DNA of 64,000 nucleotides, from NCBI GenBank assembly GCA_002269645.1, contig NIVC01000385.1:124001-188000 (forward strand). Reading direction: 5' to 3'. Origin of the DNA: Macrostomum lignano (Eukaryota). Of this stretch, positions 38,340-50,136 are shown one piece after another; position 1 is the stretch's first letter; every line of letters begins with the position of its first letter. The notes beneath the pieces were generated by a model. The model saw nothing but the letters and a program-made list of their open reading frames with translations, did not search any database and was not told where the DNA came from. A program made the position numbers and the translations under genes.

Positions 38340-41030
38340 TTAGAAGGGCAAAAAGGAAGATAAAATAGCATAGTGTTTACCTGCAATTATGTCTACAAAT
38401 ACTGGTGGATGGAGAAATTTGTGTACTGGATCAATAATATTAACTTGTGATGTTGGTTTACAATAAAAAGTAAAGTATGATGGCAAAAAAATGGAATTGT
38501 AATTTTTTGTTACCAAAAGCCACTTGCCCTTAATGCATATAATTTTAAAAAGTGATGATAGGGTTAGATCATAGCAATCATCAAAGTCTTGATGTTTACT
38601 TTGAAAAATAATCATTGACTTGTACTTAGTTGGAGCTTTAAACTCTAATGACCCTATTTTTAAACTACTTGCTACAATACAATCCTTAGGCATATCATTT
38701 ATACTAGGCAACTGCAAATAACTAGCAATGGTTTCGATTGTTTGAAAATCAAAAAGATTAACAAGTGATACTTGTTGTAAATTTGAAGCCAATGGAACAT
38801 CAAATTCAACAGTAGACATTGTAATAGCTTGATGCAGTTGAAACCTTTGTGCTGCTGTTGCACATACATTTTTAAAGCAACGTACTATAGGTATTATTTT
38901 TTTAAAGTACTGATGGATTGACTCAAATCTCATTGTCCATGCTACTTTCAATCCATTATACATAGGGATTAGGTCTGGATAATGCAACATATAATGGAGT
39001 TTACATTTTTTTGATAATTGATTGTTTGATACTTTGTATATTAGGTTATTATGTTCATTTATTAAGGTAGCAATATAGTCTGAATTGTGTTCTTCTTCAT
39101 CTAAAGTTGATAATAAAATGGCCAGAACTTCACAATGTATTAATAGAAGATTCATGATATCATACTTAATTGGATTATTACTGGAAAGAACATAAGGCCC
39201 AAAATATAGAGGCATTCGATGGATAATGTGAATCATATCTGCTGCACAGAATGGCAATCTATTATTGTTGATGTGTGCTGGCAAAAGAGAAGGCATTGAG
39301 ACAGGGAAAAGTTTGAAAAGCCTTTTGATATTATCAAAATTTAGGATTTTGTGCCTTAATAAGAATTTAATAGCAAGACAAGCAACGAAGTGTGATGTAC
39401 CTTCTAGTAAATCATGAAAAAAATCTGGGGGGAAAAAGTAAGGCATGGTAACATATCCAAGACCATTGAATGGACAGTTTTGCTTAATTCCAGTTTGAAT
39501 GCTAATGTCCCAGCTATCATCTCTACTTAAGTCATCATGCTTAGTTAGACAAAAATCAATGTCAGTAGCCTTTGCAATACAAAATCTACATGCTTGGCCT
39601 GATACAAAATTTGTCCCAAGTCCAACAAGTGAATTAATTGATAGGTTGTCACCAGTACATAAACATGCAATAACTGGAACATTTATTTTTTCCCCATTTA
39701 AAGCTTCAAATGTAATTCCATAGTCATACAGATTATTCAATTCTTCAATCAAAGGAGAATATAGCTCTTCAAGGTTGAGGATATTATCTTGAATAATTTT
39801 ATATTTTACTAAGCAAGCTAAAAAGAAACACTTTTCTTGAGATGCAATTTCCTTTGGCAGATTTAAAATTCGATAGTAAATTGCATAAATTTTATGCTTA
39901 CACCTAGCTTTACCAATTGGGTTTGCCACTTCAAATTCATCTGTATATAGTGCAAGATAAATAGCATCTTTAGGGTCATTTTCAATTAATGGTTTGATAT
40001 AATTTTCAAAGTATGGACTAGAAAAGAAAGGTGATTTTTCCTTTAATTCCCCAGTAAAAATCATAGATTGAAAATATTTATTTTGTAAAACTGAAGAAAT
40101 ATTGCTTTTGATTGGAATATAAACAATACTATTCCTATTAAATAATGGTACTTCAATAGGTTCAACAAATTGATAATGCCCTTTAATAAAACTTAACAAC
40201 TGTGAATCACTTTCTAATATTTCAAGGCAAGTATCAAAGAATGATTCTAATTGCAAGAAATCTTGGACCCCTTGGATGGTTTTATTTGGAATACCTTTTT
40301 CTTTCAGGAATTGACAAATGGTTGATAGATATAATATACTAAAGGAAGAAAAAATGCCTTTTACTTGTAAACTTAATGACCTTGCTGTACTATTTGGTAA
40401 GCTGAAATAATCTCTAGCTTGAAAATAAAACTTTGCCATGTTGCAACCACTGTTTGATTTTAACTTTTCTTTCAATTCCCATGCAGATGATTCTGGCCTG
40501 GCTAGTGCTAACATAGAAACAGGAGGCCTAACTAGGTTTGATAAATCTCTAGACCCTTCTTGGTTTTTAAATTCAGCATGTACAAGCTGGTTTTGTTCAA
40601 TGTCAATAGGCATATTTATTGTAGAAGATCCAGTCAGTAAGTGTTCATTCATATGCATATCATTGGCACTGGCTTGATTGCTAGGACTTATGTCTGTAAC
40701 ATCAAATTGAAATGGCTCAGTTAAGCTTTGACTTAGGATAGTATCACTGTGGAACCTAGAAATATGCTTGATAGTGGCTTCTTTCGAGGATGAAAATACA
40801 AAACAATTCTGTAATGGACACTGAAACTTCAGTTGAATTTCAGCTGACCTAGTGGACAAGAGAGGACAATAATGGCGATAATGCTTTAAAAACTGGGATA
40901 AAGAAGTGCTCTTACAACCACATTTACATGTGAACATGGACAAGGAGTTATGACTTGCCATCATAAAAAAAATGAAGCCAAAGTAAAGCTTAATAGCTTT
41001 GGAACTATACAAGTAAAATTCAGGAGCCAT
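38340..41030 (-). CDS. EnSpm/CACTA-type transposase with N-terminal C2H2-like zinc fingers (start probably the MMASH Met)
   Basis: CKCGC...HYRHYC and CPLQNC...HISRFH fingers; LYTDEFEVANPIG...KHKI, GDNLSIN, CRFC, PPDFFHDLLEG, CKLHYMLHYP, WTMRFESIHQYFK. Confidence 0.88.
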   Translation of the reverse strand: MAPEFYLYSSKAIKLYFGFIFFMMASHNSLSMFTCKCGCKSTSLSQFLKHYRHYCPLLSTRSAEIQLKFQCPLQNCFVFSSSKEATIKHISRFHSDTILSQSLTEPFQFDVTDISPSNQASANDMHMNEHLLTGSSTINMPIDIEQNQLVHAEFKNQEGSRDLSNLVRPPVSMLALARPESSAWELKEKLKSNSGCNMAKFYFQARDYFSLPNSTARSLSLQVKGIFSSFSILYLSTICQFLKEKGIPNKTIQGVQDFLQLESFFDTCLEILESDSQLLSFIKGHYQFVEPIEVPLFNRNSIVYIPIKSNISSVLQNKYFQSMIFTGELKEKSPFFSSPYFENYIKPLIENDPKDAIYLALYTDEFEVANPIGKARCKHKIYAIYYRILNLPKEIASQEKCFFLACLVKYKIIQDNILNLEELYSPLIEELNNLYDYGITFEALNGEKINVPVIACLCTGDNLSINSLVGLGTNFVSGQACRFCIAKATDIDFCLTKHDDLSRDDSWDISIQTGIKQNCPFNGLGYVTMPYFFPPDFFHDLLEGTSHFVACLAIKFLLRHKILNFDNIKRLFKLFPVSMPSLLPAHINNNRLPFCAADMIHIIHRMPLYFGPYVLSSNNPIKYDIMNLLLIHCEVLAILLSTLDEEEHNSDYIATLINEHNNLIYKVSNNQLSKKCKLHYMLHYPDLIPMYNGLKVAWTMRFESIHQYFKKIIPIVRCFKNVCATAAQRFQLHQAITMSTVEFDVPLASNLQQVSLVNLFDFQTIETIASYLQLPSINDMPKDCIVASSLKIGSLEFKAPTKYKSMIIFQSKHQDFDDCYDLTLSSLFKIICIKGKWLLVTKNYNSIFLPSYFTFYCKPTSQVNIIDPVHKFLHPPVFVDIIAGKHYAILSSFLPF

Positions 41031-41730
41031 TGATTACAGTACAGTACAGGCAAAAATTAAAACGATAAGGATGGCTTACTAAATATTAGGACAGAAATAA
41101 AAACTATCAGTAGCTAAAATACAAAGTTTCTACAAAGAGCAACGAGACAGTCAGACACTGTTATTCACAAAGAAATAATTGTAGCAAGTTAGTTGTCTGA
41201 AACTGAAAACGAATATTCGACAAATTTGACAATTAGGAGATTTTAAGCATGCAATAATCACTCTGCTCAAGCAAAAGTGTTTGATTTTTAAAAAGAAATC
41301 ATTATAAGAAAACATACAAGCATCTTTTTTCAATTATAAAACTATCAAGCTTCAAGTTATTTATATGCTATTCATAAAGCACATGCATTTAGATACTTTG
41401 CTTTACAGACTTTTGTAAATGAATTCCAATCTTAAGTATAGGTACTTTGTACGTTGTACAACTGGCTACTTTTTAATTATGCAGCTCCCATGGCTTTGTC
41501 AGGATTCCCTGCGGATTTTTTCAGTATGAAAAATACCTAGCAGGTTGCAGATAATGAAAACTAAATATATGTAACTATTTTTGAAGTGATTTAAGAAATT
41601 CAACAACCGGCTACTAAAGACTATTTTACAACCGGCTACTTCTGCGGCCACTTTTAATTTACAGTGTACGCAGAGAAATATTGCATTTAGTGGTTTTGCA
41701 AAGTTCTTTGCGCATTTTTAACAATTTCAG

Positions 41731-41824
41731 TCGGGACAATTTCTACACCATCGTTGAGCTGCCCCAAGGCGTCCACGAATACAAGTTCATTGTAGACGAT
41801 GCTTGGAAGCACGATGGGAAGCAG
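41731..41824 (+). CDS. PRKAB: AMPK beta, exon 3
   Basis: tttcag|T; (S)RDNFYTIVELPQGVHEYKFIVDDAWKHDGKQ; donor CAG|GTTGGT. Confidence 0.92.
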
Positions 41825-42488
41825 GTTGGTGCTGCTGTGGATTGTGTAAAAACCTTGTCTGTTCTGTGCATAAGCAAGACACTTAAATCTGAATTGCTTC
41901 AGTTCACTCAGCTGTAAAATTGGAGCCAGCATTAGCTGGGGTAATTGAGGGTGCGTTGCGACCCTCAGTCCTTGTACTGAACTGAACACCGATAACACGG
42001 CAGCAAAGAAAAAAAGGAAAGCTCGTTCACATTGTCTTAATGTTTAAAGAGATCAAAACTCATGTATGAAGGGTGCTGCAGAAGTTCCCGGACTAATTCT
42101 CAGTACATGGGCAGTTCAAGTCAGAATTTGACTGAAACGTAATTCAGAGATCATGTAAATTGTATTTACTCAAAGCATCAAGTGTGAAAATTGATGACCA
42201 ATTTAGTCATCATTGATCGAATTCACAAATTTGATTTTCTAGTCACAGCTCCCGATCGCTATGGCCGGCTGTGTCTACCGGTTGGTTGCTGGCGCGTTTG
42301 ACATAGTGTCTATTGAGATGCATTTTGATAGCATTCGACTGGAGCTTAAAATGTGCTCAAAATTCCACATCGTCGAAAGAAAATCTTTCACAAACCCAAA
42401 ATTTCTTAAGCGCAAAGTTTCATATCGTTGAAAATTCCTGCTGGTCACCTTCACGCGATCGAGAAGTTCTGTCACTTTCGGGAGCTCA

Positions 42489-42760
42489 AAATTTCGGGTC
42501 TATGAGAATTTCTCGTAGGAAGTTTTCCCGCAGCGAGGTGTGCCCGCACGAACTTTTCGCGCAGCGAGTTTTTAACGCAGGGTTTTTCCAGTCTGGGTTT
42601 CAAGTCGAATTCAATCGGATTTGAAATCTAGTCTAGTGTAGGCTAGTTCTAATTTAGTCCAGTCCAGCATTATCTATAGACTGGATTTGACTTGAAATTC
42701 CGACTGGAACCCTGCGGGAAACTTCCTGCCAGAAATTCTCATACCGTAGACCCGAAATTT
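42489..42760. repeat. Imperfect long inverted repeat (hairpin or MITE remnant) in AMPK-beta intron 3
   Basis: AAATTTCGGGTCTA / TAGACCCGAAATTT, TGAGAATTTCT / AGAAATTCTCA, GGAAGTTTTCCCGCAG / CTGCGGGAAACTTCC, TTTCAAGTC / GACTTGAAA. Confidence 0.7.
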
Positions 42761-43099
42761 CACATTGCATTTCACATCGTAATTGCGAGCAAATCTCGGC
42801 AGGCAATTCGTCTGCGGACAATTCTCATGGACCCGTAAAATTCAGACTAATTCGATATCAAATTTCATCAAATTTGATGTGGATTGACCATGTAGTGAGC
42901 ATTAGTCTGGAAACTTTTGGCAGCACCAGCACCCCGGGTACAAGCAAAAAGGACCTCCTTTGATGGCGATCCAAACGAGCTTTTGGCACAGCATGAGCTA
43001 TTCTAAACCATAGAATCTATTTAATTTTCGTGCTTACGAGCTTACATGGAGCTAATTACAGCTAAATGCTCAAACAGAAAAACTCACTTTCAATTTTAG

Positions 43100-43274
43100 C
43101 CTACTGTGCCCAACAACATGGGCTCGGTGAACAACCGGATCGAAGTCAAGGCGTCCGACTTTGAAGTGTTTGAAGCCTTGGCCATGGACATTGCAGAGTC
43201 CAATCAGCCAAAGGACACTACAACTCAATCGGAGGTCTCCGAGCGCACCCGCCACCGTTCCGGCAGTCCACCTG
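43100..43274 (+). CDS. PRKAB: AMPK beta, exon 4
   Basis: ttttag|; PTVPNNMGSVNNRIEVKASDFEVFEALAMD...SGSPP; donor G|GTAATT, phase 1. Confidence 0.9.
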
Positions 43275-43549
43275 GTAATTAATGCTGGTTACTAATTGTC
43301 AATCAATGTAGAATAGCTCACTGTGAAAAATTTAAAAACTTCTCATTTTTAATTAAAGTACAAGCGTGCAAAGTTATGGCCAATTTATTAGTGTTTGATC
43401 ATAGTCATAAATATGATTTTCTAGTCATAGCTCCCGATTGCTATGAACGGCTGCTTCTACAGGTTGGTGGCTGGCGCGTTTCACATAATCATTGAGATGC
43501 ACCTTGAAATTCAAAACTTTTCGCTTGGGGTATTGTGATGTATTTCCGT

Positions 43550-43957
43550 GTGCGACTTGCATCTCCCTCTGCGACTTACATCTCCCTCTGCGACTTACAT
43601 CTCCATCTGCGAATTGCATCTCCATCTGCGAATTGCATCTCCATCTGCGAATTGCATCTCCATCTGCGACTTGCATCTCCATCTGCGAATTGCATCTCCA
43701 TCTGCGAATTGCATCTCCATCTGCGAATTGCATCTCCATCTGCGAATTGCATCTCCATCTGCGAATTGCATCTCCATCTGCGAATTGCATCTCCCTCTGC
43801 GAATTGCATCTCCATCTGCGAATTGCATCTCCATCTGCGAATTGCATCTCCATCTGCGAATTGCATCTCCCTCTGCGAATTGCATCTCCATCTGCGAATT
43901 GCATCTCCATCTGCGAATTGCATCTCCCTCTGTGACTTACGTCTCCCTCTGTGACTT
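43550..43957. repeat. 19-bp minisatellite ATCTGCGAATTGCATCTCC (about 21 copies) in AMPK-beta intron 4
   Basis: Read directly. It explains the stacked 19-aa-period ORFs. Confidence 0.97.
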
Positions 43958-44075
43958 ATTTCCCCCTTTTATGATTTAAAACTCTGCCTCTGCAAGCCTG
44001 TCAATGTTTATCCGGCTGAGTGGTGCCCAGCTTTACCTTAGCTCAATCATTGCCATTTAATAATTCCACTGACAG

Positions 44076-44338
44076 GCCGCTACACCAACACAGTGCCGCA
44101 GCCAAGAGCCTCGGGGCCCGGCAGGAACCCTCCCGCTCTGCCCCAGCAACTACTCCAAGTAATATTGAACAAGCCAACTGACGCCAAGTACGATCCGAAC
44201 CTTCTGCCCGAGCCAGATCACGTGATGCTCAACCACCTGTACGCTTTGAGCATAAAGGACGGCGTTATTGTGCTGTCCACAATACACCGCTATAGGAAGA
44301 AGTTTGTTACTACTGTCATGTACAAACCTTGCGACTAG
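44076..44338 (+). CDS. PRKAB: AMPK beta, exon 5 (alpha/gamma-binding domain)
   Basis: gacag|GC; PPALPQQLLQVILN...DPNLLPEPDHVMLNHLYALSIKDGVIVLSTIHRYRKKFVTTVMYKP. Full CDS is 867 nt, 288 aa. Confidence 0.95.
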
Positions 44339-45052
44339 AGGCTTTCAATCATTGAGGTGAACACGTGGATATAGTGAAAACTGTGGACGAACTTAAATGT
44401 TCTCAGGCTATCCGATTACATTAGAAATTTTTTCACCATTTAGTTTTGTGTCCTTGTATTCTGAGTAATCAATTTTACAGCGCAAACCTGCCATATTTGC
44501 TCAATGCAAACGGCATTATCGATGCGCTCACAGTATTTTTCTCTTATGTTTTCGATCATGAATTATTAGTTAATGTGTATCAAAACAGCTTTCCCGCGTA
44601 CCCTAATTGTTACAATTATATCTTACGAGAAATTTAGCTTTAAGAAAACTGAAGTTTTCTTCTTCCTTTAGGTCTATATTGTTAGTTGTGATGTGATTTG
44701 TACTGTTAACTTTAGTAGTTTAGTCTGTCATATAAAGGATATTATAGTGCTCATGCTGAACTGTTACCGCGACCTAGACCTGTTATTTAGAAAATGTTAT
44801 AAATATTTGCCAATCAACTGGCTTCAGAACTCATCTTTAACTCATGATATCTGCTCTTTGGCCGAATCAGTGACTTCTTTAATATTTCGATCTTATAATA
44901 CTCGTATTAAAAAGAGCTGCTTCTATGTTGCTTCTAATTCATTGTCGGAATGTCACCGAATTTTTATTATTATTCATGCAATGTGCGACTGTGCGTGCCC
45001 TTGCCCTAGCTTCTTCTAATCTCACTGAGTTCGCTATGAGAATCCTATTTCC

Positions 45053-45260
45053 GGCGGGTGTCGTAGCCTAATGGTCTAGCGTTCTTATGTGCCAGCGGCT
45101 CAGGCTCGATTCCAGGTCCGCCCTTGAGGACCAACCCCCCCCCCCCAAGGCACAGTGAAGTGTACATGCCTAACAATAAATAACGTTAGGGCCGCTGTAC
45201 ACTCCTGTGTGTGCCTGTGCCTGATCCTTTATCCGTCTTGAGCTAAAATAGCAATCAATC
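45053..45260 (+). mobile_element. tRNA-derived SINE
   Basis: A-box TAGCCTAATGG, B-box-like GGCTCGATTCC, GGCGGG/TCCGCC acceptor-like stem, unrelated body and an (AATC)n tail. Confidence 0.6.
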
Positions 45261-46589
45261 TGAAAGCGTTTGTAATTTCCATTTCAGAGATTTTATTCGG
45301 CTTCGAGATTAAACATGGCTTTTTCGGGAGCTATTTTCTAAAGTCCCTCAAAGGCACGTTTAATCTTCTACAGTTTAGCTAAACTAGTAATTTATACTCT
45401 TAAATACTGTAGACGTTGTTGTGTAAATTTTGCGTTTCGATATCCGCATGATTAAAAAGGATCGATTTTTGCCTTACTTCTTGCTGATTGTTGGCCTGCA
45501 GCTGCATCAGGAATTTTGTGATAAAAATTTCGATATTTTTTAAATTCCGCAGAAAATTATAGGCTGATTAGTAATTGACATTAATAGTTCAGGTTTCAAC
45601 TTCTTGGTCTAAATAACTAAGCTAAGTTATGTGCGCTCGCTTGTTAAATGGTCAGCGATAAAATATAATTATAGCGCAAAAGACGCAGAGCCAGTTCTTT
45701 GCACAGCTTTATAGACACTCCACCTGTACCATTATGTAGGCTTCATAGATGCATTGCTGCATTTTTCTGCCCAAGTCGCACTCCTATCGTAAAATCAGAT
45801 TTGTCCGATACGCTTCTCCGACAAACAGATGCGTGTGTTAGTCAGAGTAAGCATAGCGTCATCATGTCATTGTACTCTCTGCCGTTTAGTTCTCAAGGCG
45901 ACGACTACTGAGCAATTCTTGTTGAGTTTTTTATTCATACTTGAAGCCTAGCTCTATTTTTACTGTGGATTTGTAGCCACTGATTTGATGATAGTGTATT
46001 AAACGCCTCGTTTGCTTCGTATTTTAGCTGTCTTGCCCCACAATTATAATATTCGAAACATTATTGAAACTCTTTGACATGACAAACCTGTGTTGTCTTG
46101 AAATAGAATTGTAAACCTTGATAGTACTCGTAAGCAGGCTGAAAATTATTATCACTTAAATTAATTAAATTATGAATAATACTGTCGTGTAGTTTAAACC
46201 TAATTGCTTATAATTAATAATTTTTTGATTATTTTCACCTTTCAGCAACAAAGACCAGTACGCAGTGTTATATGGTTTCATTATAAACCATATGTCAGTA
46301 TGTCAAATTTGCGTTTTTGCCTTTAAGATATTTAGTTTTTGAAACTTCAAAAATCGCCTCTGGCTTTCTACGAGCAAACACGTTAAAATTAGCATATCCG
46401 TCCTGTCTTACTGGCTCCAAACTGCTTCAGGCTCGATATGTTTAGTATTTACTATTTATGGAATAAAGACCAATTGTTTCATGTAGGAAAACTTGGAAAA
46501 AGCAATCCAGTTCGTGTGCATAGCGGGCAAGAGAAAAAAGGGGTAGCGCCCCAGCTAAGGCCGATAAACAGTTTGGCTGTTTGGCAGTT

Positions 46590-46990
46590 TGACTTCGACG
46601 TTTTTCCTTACTGCTCTCTCATTGGCTGAGCTAGATTGGGCCTGCCCTAGACTGCTTCGTCCTTCTGGCTTTGCCGGTTTGACCTCTTCTCCTTACTGCT
46701 CTCTCATTGGCTGAGCTAGATTGGGCTTGCCCTAGACTGCTTCGTCCTTCTGGCTTTGCCGGTTTGACCTCTTCTTCTTACTGCTCTCTCATTGGCTGAG
46801 CTAGATTGGGCCTGCCCTAGACTGCTTCGTCCTTCTGGCTTTGACGGTTTGACCTCTTCTCCTTACTGCTCTCTCATTGGCTGAGCTAGATTAGGCTTGC
46901 CCTAGACTGCTTCGTCCGTCTGGCTTTGACGGTTTGACCTCATCTCTTTACTGCTCTCTCATTGGCTGAGCTAGATTATGCCTGCCCTCT
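46590..46990. repeat. 85-bp tandem repeat, about 4.5 copies
   Basis: TTACTGCTCTCTCATTGGCTGAG recurs at 46608, 46693, 46778, 46863 and 46948. Confidence 0.95.
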
Positions 46991-47329
46991 AGGTTGAGTT
47001 TCCAGTCTTGCGTTCACTTTCAGTACATGTACTGTACATAAAAGTTAAATGCTTGTTGTTCATTCTTGACCCCACGTATTCTTGGGGCCGCAAACCCCGA
47101 AGGAAAAATTTTAGCTGCCACAAAAATTTCAGCGACACCGCGCAAACAAACTAGTTTAAAAAAGTAGACGCTTTACTTTTTTCACAGCTTTAATTGCGAG
47201 GGCTTGGATGTATCTAGGTACAGTATTCCAGTACCTGCGGTACACTCACAACACGACCCAAAAGTTTTGCATACTATCTCTGTGATTCAGAAATTCAGAC
47301 GCCAGTGCAGTGCGTCATAAGGAAAGTGG

Positions 47330-47600
47330 GAGGGGGGTTGCGCAACGCAATTCGCACATTGGAACAGGCCGCCAAAGGCGGCCGCTCTAGGCATGAATCC
47401 TATCGAGCCTGTCTGGGACTTCGTGAAGCAAAGAGTTGGCAAGGGTGTCTGCAGAATGCTGAACAGGTTGCGACAGTCGGTTCTGAATGCCTGGCAGCAG
47501 CTGCCCCAAGAGTTAACCAACTGGCTGGTGATCAGGATGCTACGATGAGTGACAACACTTGCACTTTTGCATGCTCGTGGTTCCTACTCACGGTGATACT
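47330..47600 (+). pseudogene. Tc1-type (DD34E) transposase C-terminal relic
   Basis: Frame reads MNPIEPVWDFVKQRV...LRQSVLNAWQQLPQE...ARG, matching the Tc1 LNPIE..W..LK.RV...W..IP...ARG pattern; contains stops. Confidence 0.6.
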
Positions 47601-49094
47601 GAAACAAGCATTAAAGACATTGCTCAACTTTTGTGCCGCGTGACAGTGTCAGTTGAGAGGGAGGGGGGGGGCTTAGGTTGCTGCTGAGTAGCCAGTAGCG
47701 GCGCAGGGGGTGGGGGCTGCGGCCTCCAAGTGACCTGCACTCTCCCGTCCCTCCAAGGGGGTGACCGCAATAATATTCTTTAAGTATATGCCTTCTTGTG
47801 AGATTTTAGTGTAATGCATACTAAACATCCACCCCCGCCGCCATTGCATGCGTATAGTCTACGAGTATACTGTATTTTTCGAATAGCTACTACCTATTTC
47901 TCTGTAATTCTCTTTTATTCTGCATTAAATAAACCTTAAGGCTTTTACGTAGCTTAGGTAGCTCAACCGTTTGTCCAGCTACTACCTGTTTGCAACATGT
48001 ATTAAAATGCATACATTTTGCGGATGCATATATCAAGGCCGACCCTTGATCAGTCTGCCGAAATCATGCCCAAAGTTCCCCTGGAGAATATCGGCACCTA
48101 TCTTCCTATAATGAGTTTGCCTACCAGACAGCCTATACTAGTTGGGTCTGGGGCCCTGAGGGAAACTGAGGTAGACAAGCGACTCGCCCTTCCTATAATG
48201 TACTTAATGGCAGGATTCTGATGTAAGAACTGACACGGCGGTGAAAGTCAGGTCAGTGCATGTAGTGTATAGTACGAACTAGCTTATTAAATTGAGAGGC
48301 CTGCCACTTCATATAATAAGCATTACTGCACCAGAGTGTTTCCCTATTTGCCTATTCCTCATCTCTCGTCGTTGCCTAGGACACAAGTTCTAGAGCCTCT
48401 GAGTGCATGGGTGCGCACACACTGAAGAATGGGGGCAGCGGTGGGCCAGTCAACCTTTTTCCTTTTCATTCACTCAAGCATGATCGCTGCATCCGCCCAA
48501 GGCGGCTGGGAGAAGCAGAGAGAACTGCACTGTACTCTGCTCAGGCTTGAGGGTTGGAAAAGTGCGTTCATTTTCATTCTGCGGACTTCTGCGCACGAAT
48601 ACAGCATCCAATGCCATTGTTTCGGGGGTGTGGTTGCCATGGTTTGGGGCAGAGAATTTTTACTCTCTACCCCTTGCTCTCTAATGAATGAAGCATAGCA
48701 TCTGAGCTGTTGGGTATTTAGGTAGAATTTTAGTATAGTGGATGTGCAGCAACAGCCACTCTTTCAGGTTATTGCAAGGCCACACACCCACTGCAAAGGT
48801 TAGTTGCATACATAGTTAGGTAGCTCTTGCAAACTCAGCTCAAATATCAGAAAAAACAGTAAATTCTATTAACCTTGCGTACCATTCGTCAGCTAAAGCT
48901 TTCCTTTGCTCATAGGTAAGTGTTGCTTTTATTACATTTGTGTATGTAGAGATACGAATTGCTGGGGATACTAGGATACTACACTGAATTAAATAGTGAA
49001 TTAAGATAATAATAGCTTGGAACTCGTCAGACGCTTTTATGTAGAACAGGCGTCGGCAATTTTTTTTACATCATAACCAGCTACATGTAAAAGT

Positions 49095-49174
49095 GGAGAG
49101 GAGAGAGAATAGACGATGAGAAATGAGACAAGAGAGGAGAGGCGAGAGATGGGATGAGAGAAGAGAGAGTGGGA

Positions 49175-49219
<45 letters not shown>

Positions 49220-49329
49220 AGATAAGATGAGAGAAGAGGGAAGAGGAGGGGAAGGAGAGAGGGGAAAGAAGAGAAAGGAAAGAGGATAGGGGAGACGTGG
49301 CCCGCGGGACGGAGTTTTCCGACCCTTGA
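49095..49329 (+). mobile_element. Partial hAT MITE with an AG tract including (AG)18, related to 8722-9182
   Basis: 3' end GGCCCGCGGGACGGAGTTTTCCGACCCTTG; purine tract upstream; 5' TIR absent. Confidence 0.55.
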
Positions 49330-50136
49330 TAATATTGAATAGATTAAAATATAGGACGATTTCCAAGACATTATTTATCCAGTGCTTTATTCGGTAATAT
49401 TCAATATTATCGCGAAACTTGAACGGAGAATACAATAACATTACAATACAATACAATAACAATCTACAGTTTGTCACCTTGTTTGACTTCTACATACATG
49501 GGCTCCACAAGCCTAATGCTGGCGAGATAGCAAATCTAACTTGACAATTCAATGCTCAGTTTAGTTTAATACTTAATACAATACTTAATCTCCGCTGCTA
49601 CACACAGCCAAAACAAATAATAACAATGTACATTTATAATGTAGCCATTGTAGGTGCATATCTTAATGAAATCATTTTTACATATTCTGCAAAAAATCTT
49701 GAGGCGAATGCGAGCCAAATTGATTACTACCCACTGTGTGTAACAGCCATTAGTCAGTCATTCGCAAGCTAGCAGCTACATGTTCGTGAAGTGTGGCCAA
49801 AAATTCCACCCTTGTTAATTCTCGCTCAAAATTCTTTATATATCACAGACAGTCAATCTTGTCAAATCTAGCAGGCGATAAAGGAAAGCTTTAATAAAGT
49901 CACACGATTCTATAACTATTGTTTACACAAGATACGCTCGTACCAGCATTATAACAAGCATTAACATTTTCTCACTGCAACGAAACACACATTATGTTTT
50001 GAATAAAGCAGCATTAGAAGTCGACTCTTCTCAAAGATTAAAAAAATGAATTTAAAATACGCTCGTAATTATTCACACCAATTTTAGACGTAACAAGCTA
50101 AAGCAAAATTCCTAAATCGGCAGTAACACGAGAAGC

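Larger units (their letters stand above)
34897..41666 (-). mobile_element. Full-length CACTA/EnSpm (CMC)-like DNA transposon, 6770 bp
   Basis: TIRs CACTGTAAATAAAAAGTAGCCG / (rc) CACTGTAAATTAAAAGTGGCCG; 2-bp TA target duplication at 34895-34896 and 41667-41668; two uninterrupted ORFs. Confidence 0.88.

Noticed and set aside
43425-43979. Stacked ORFs with 19-aa periodicity
   Set aside because: They are a by-product of the stop-poor 19-bp minisatellite inside an intron.
45053-45122. Functional tRNA gene
   Set aside because: The anticodon arm does not fold, the B-box is imperfect, and a SINE-like body and tail follow.
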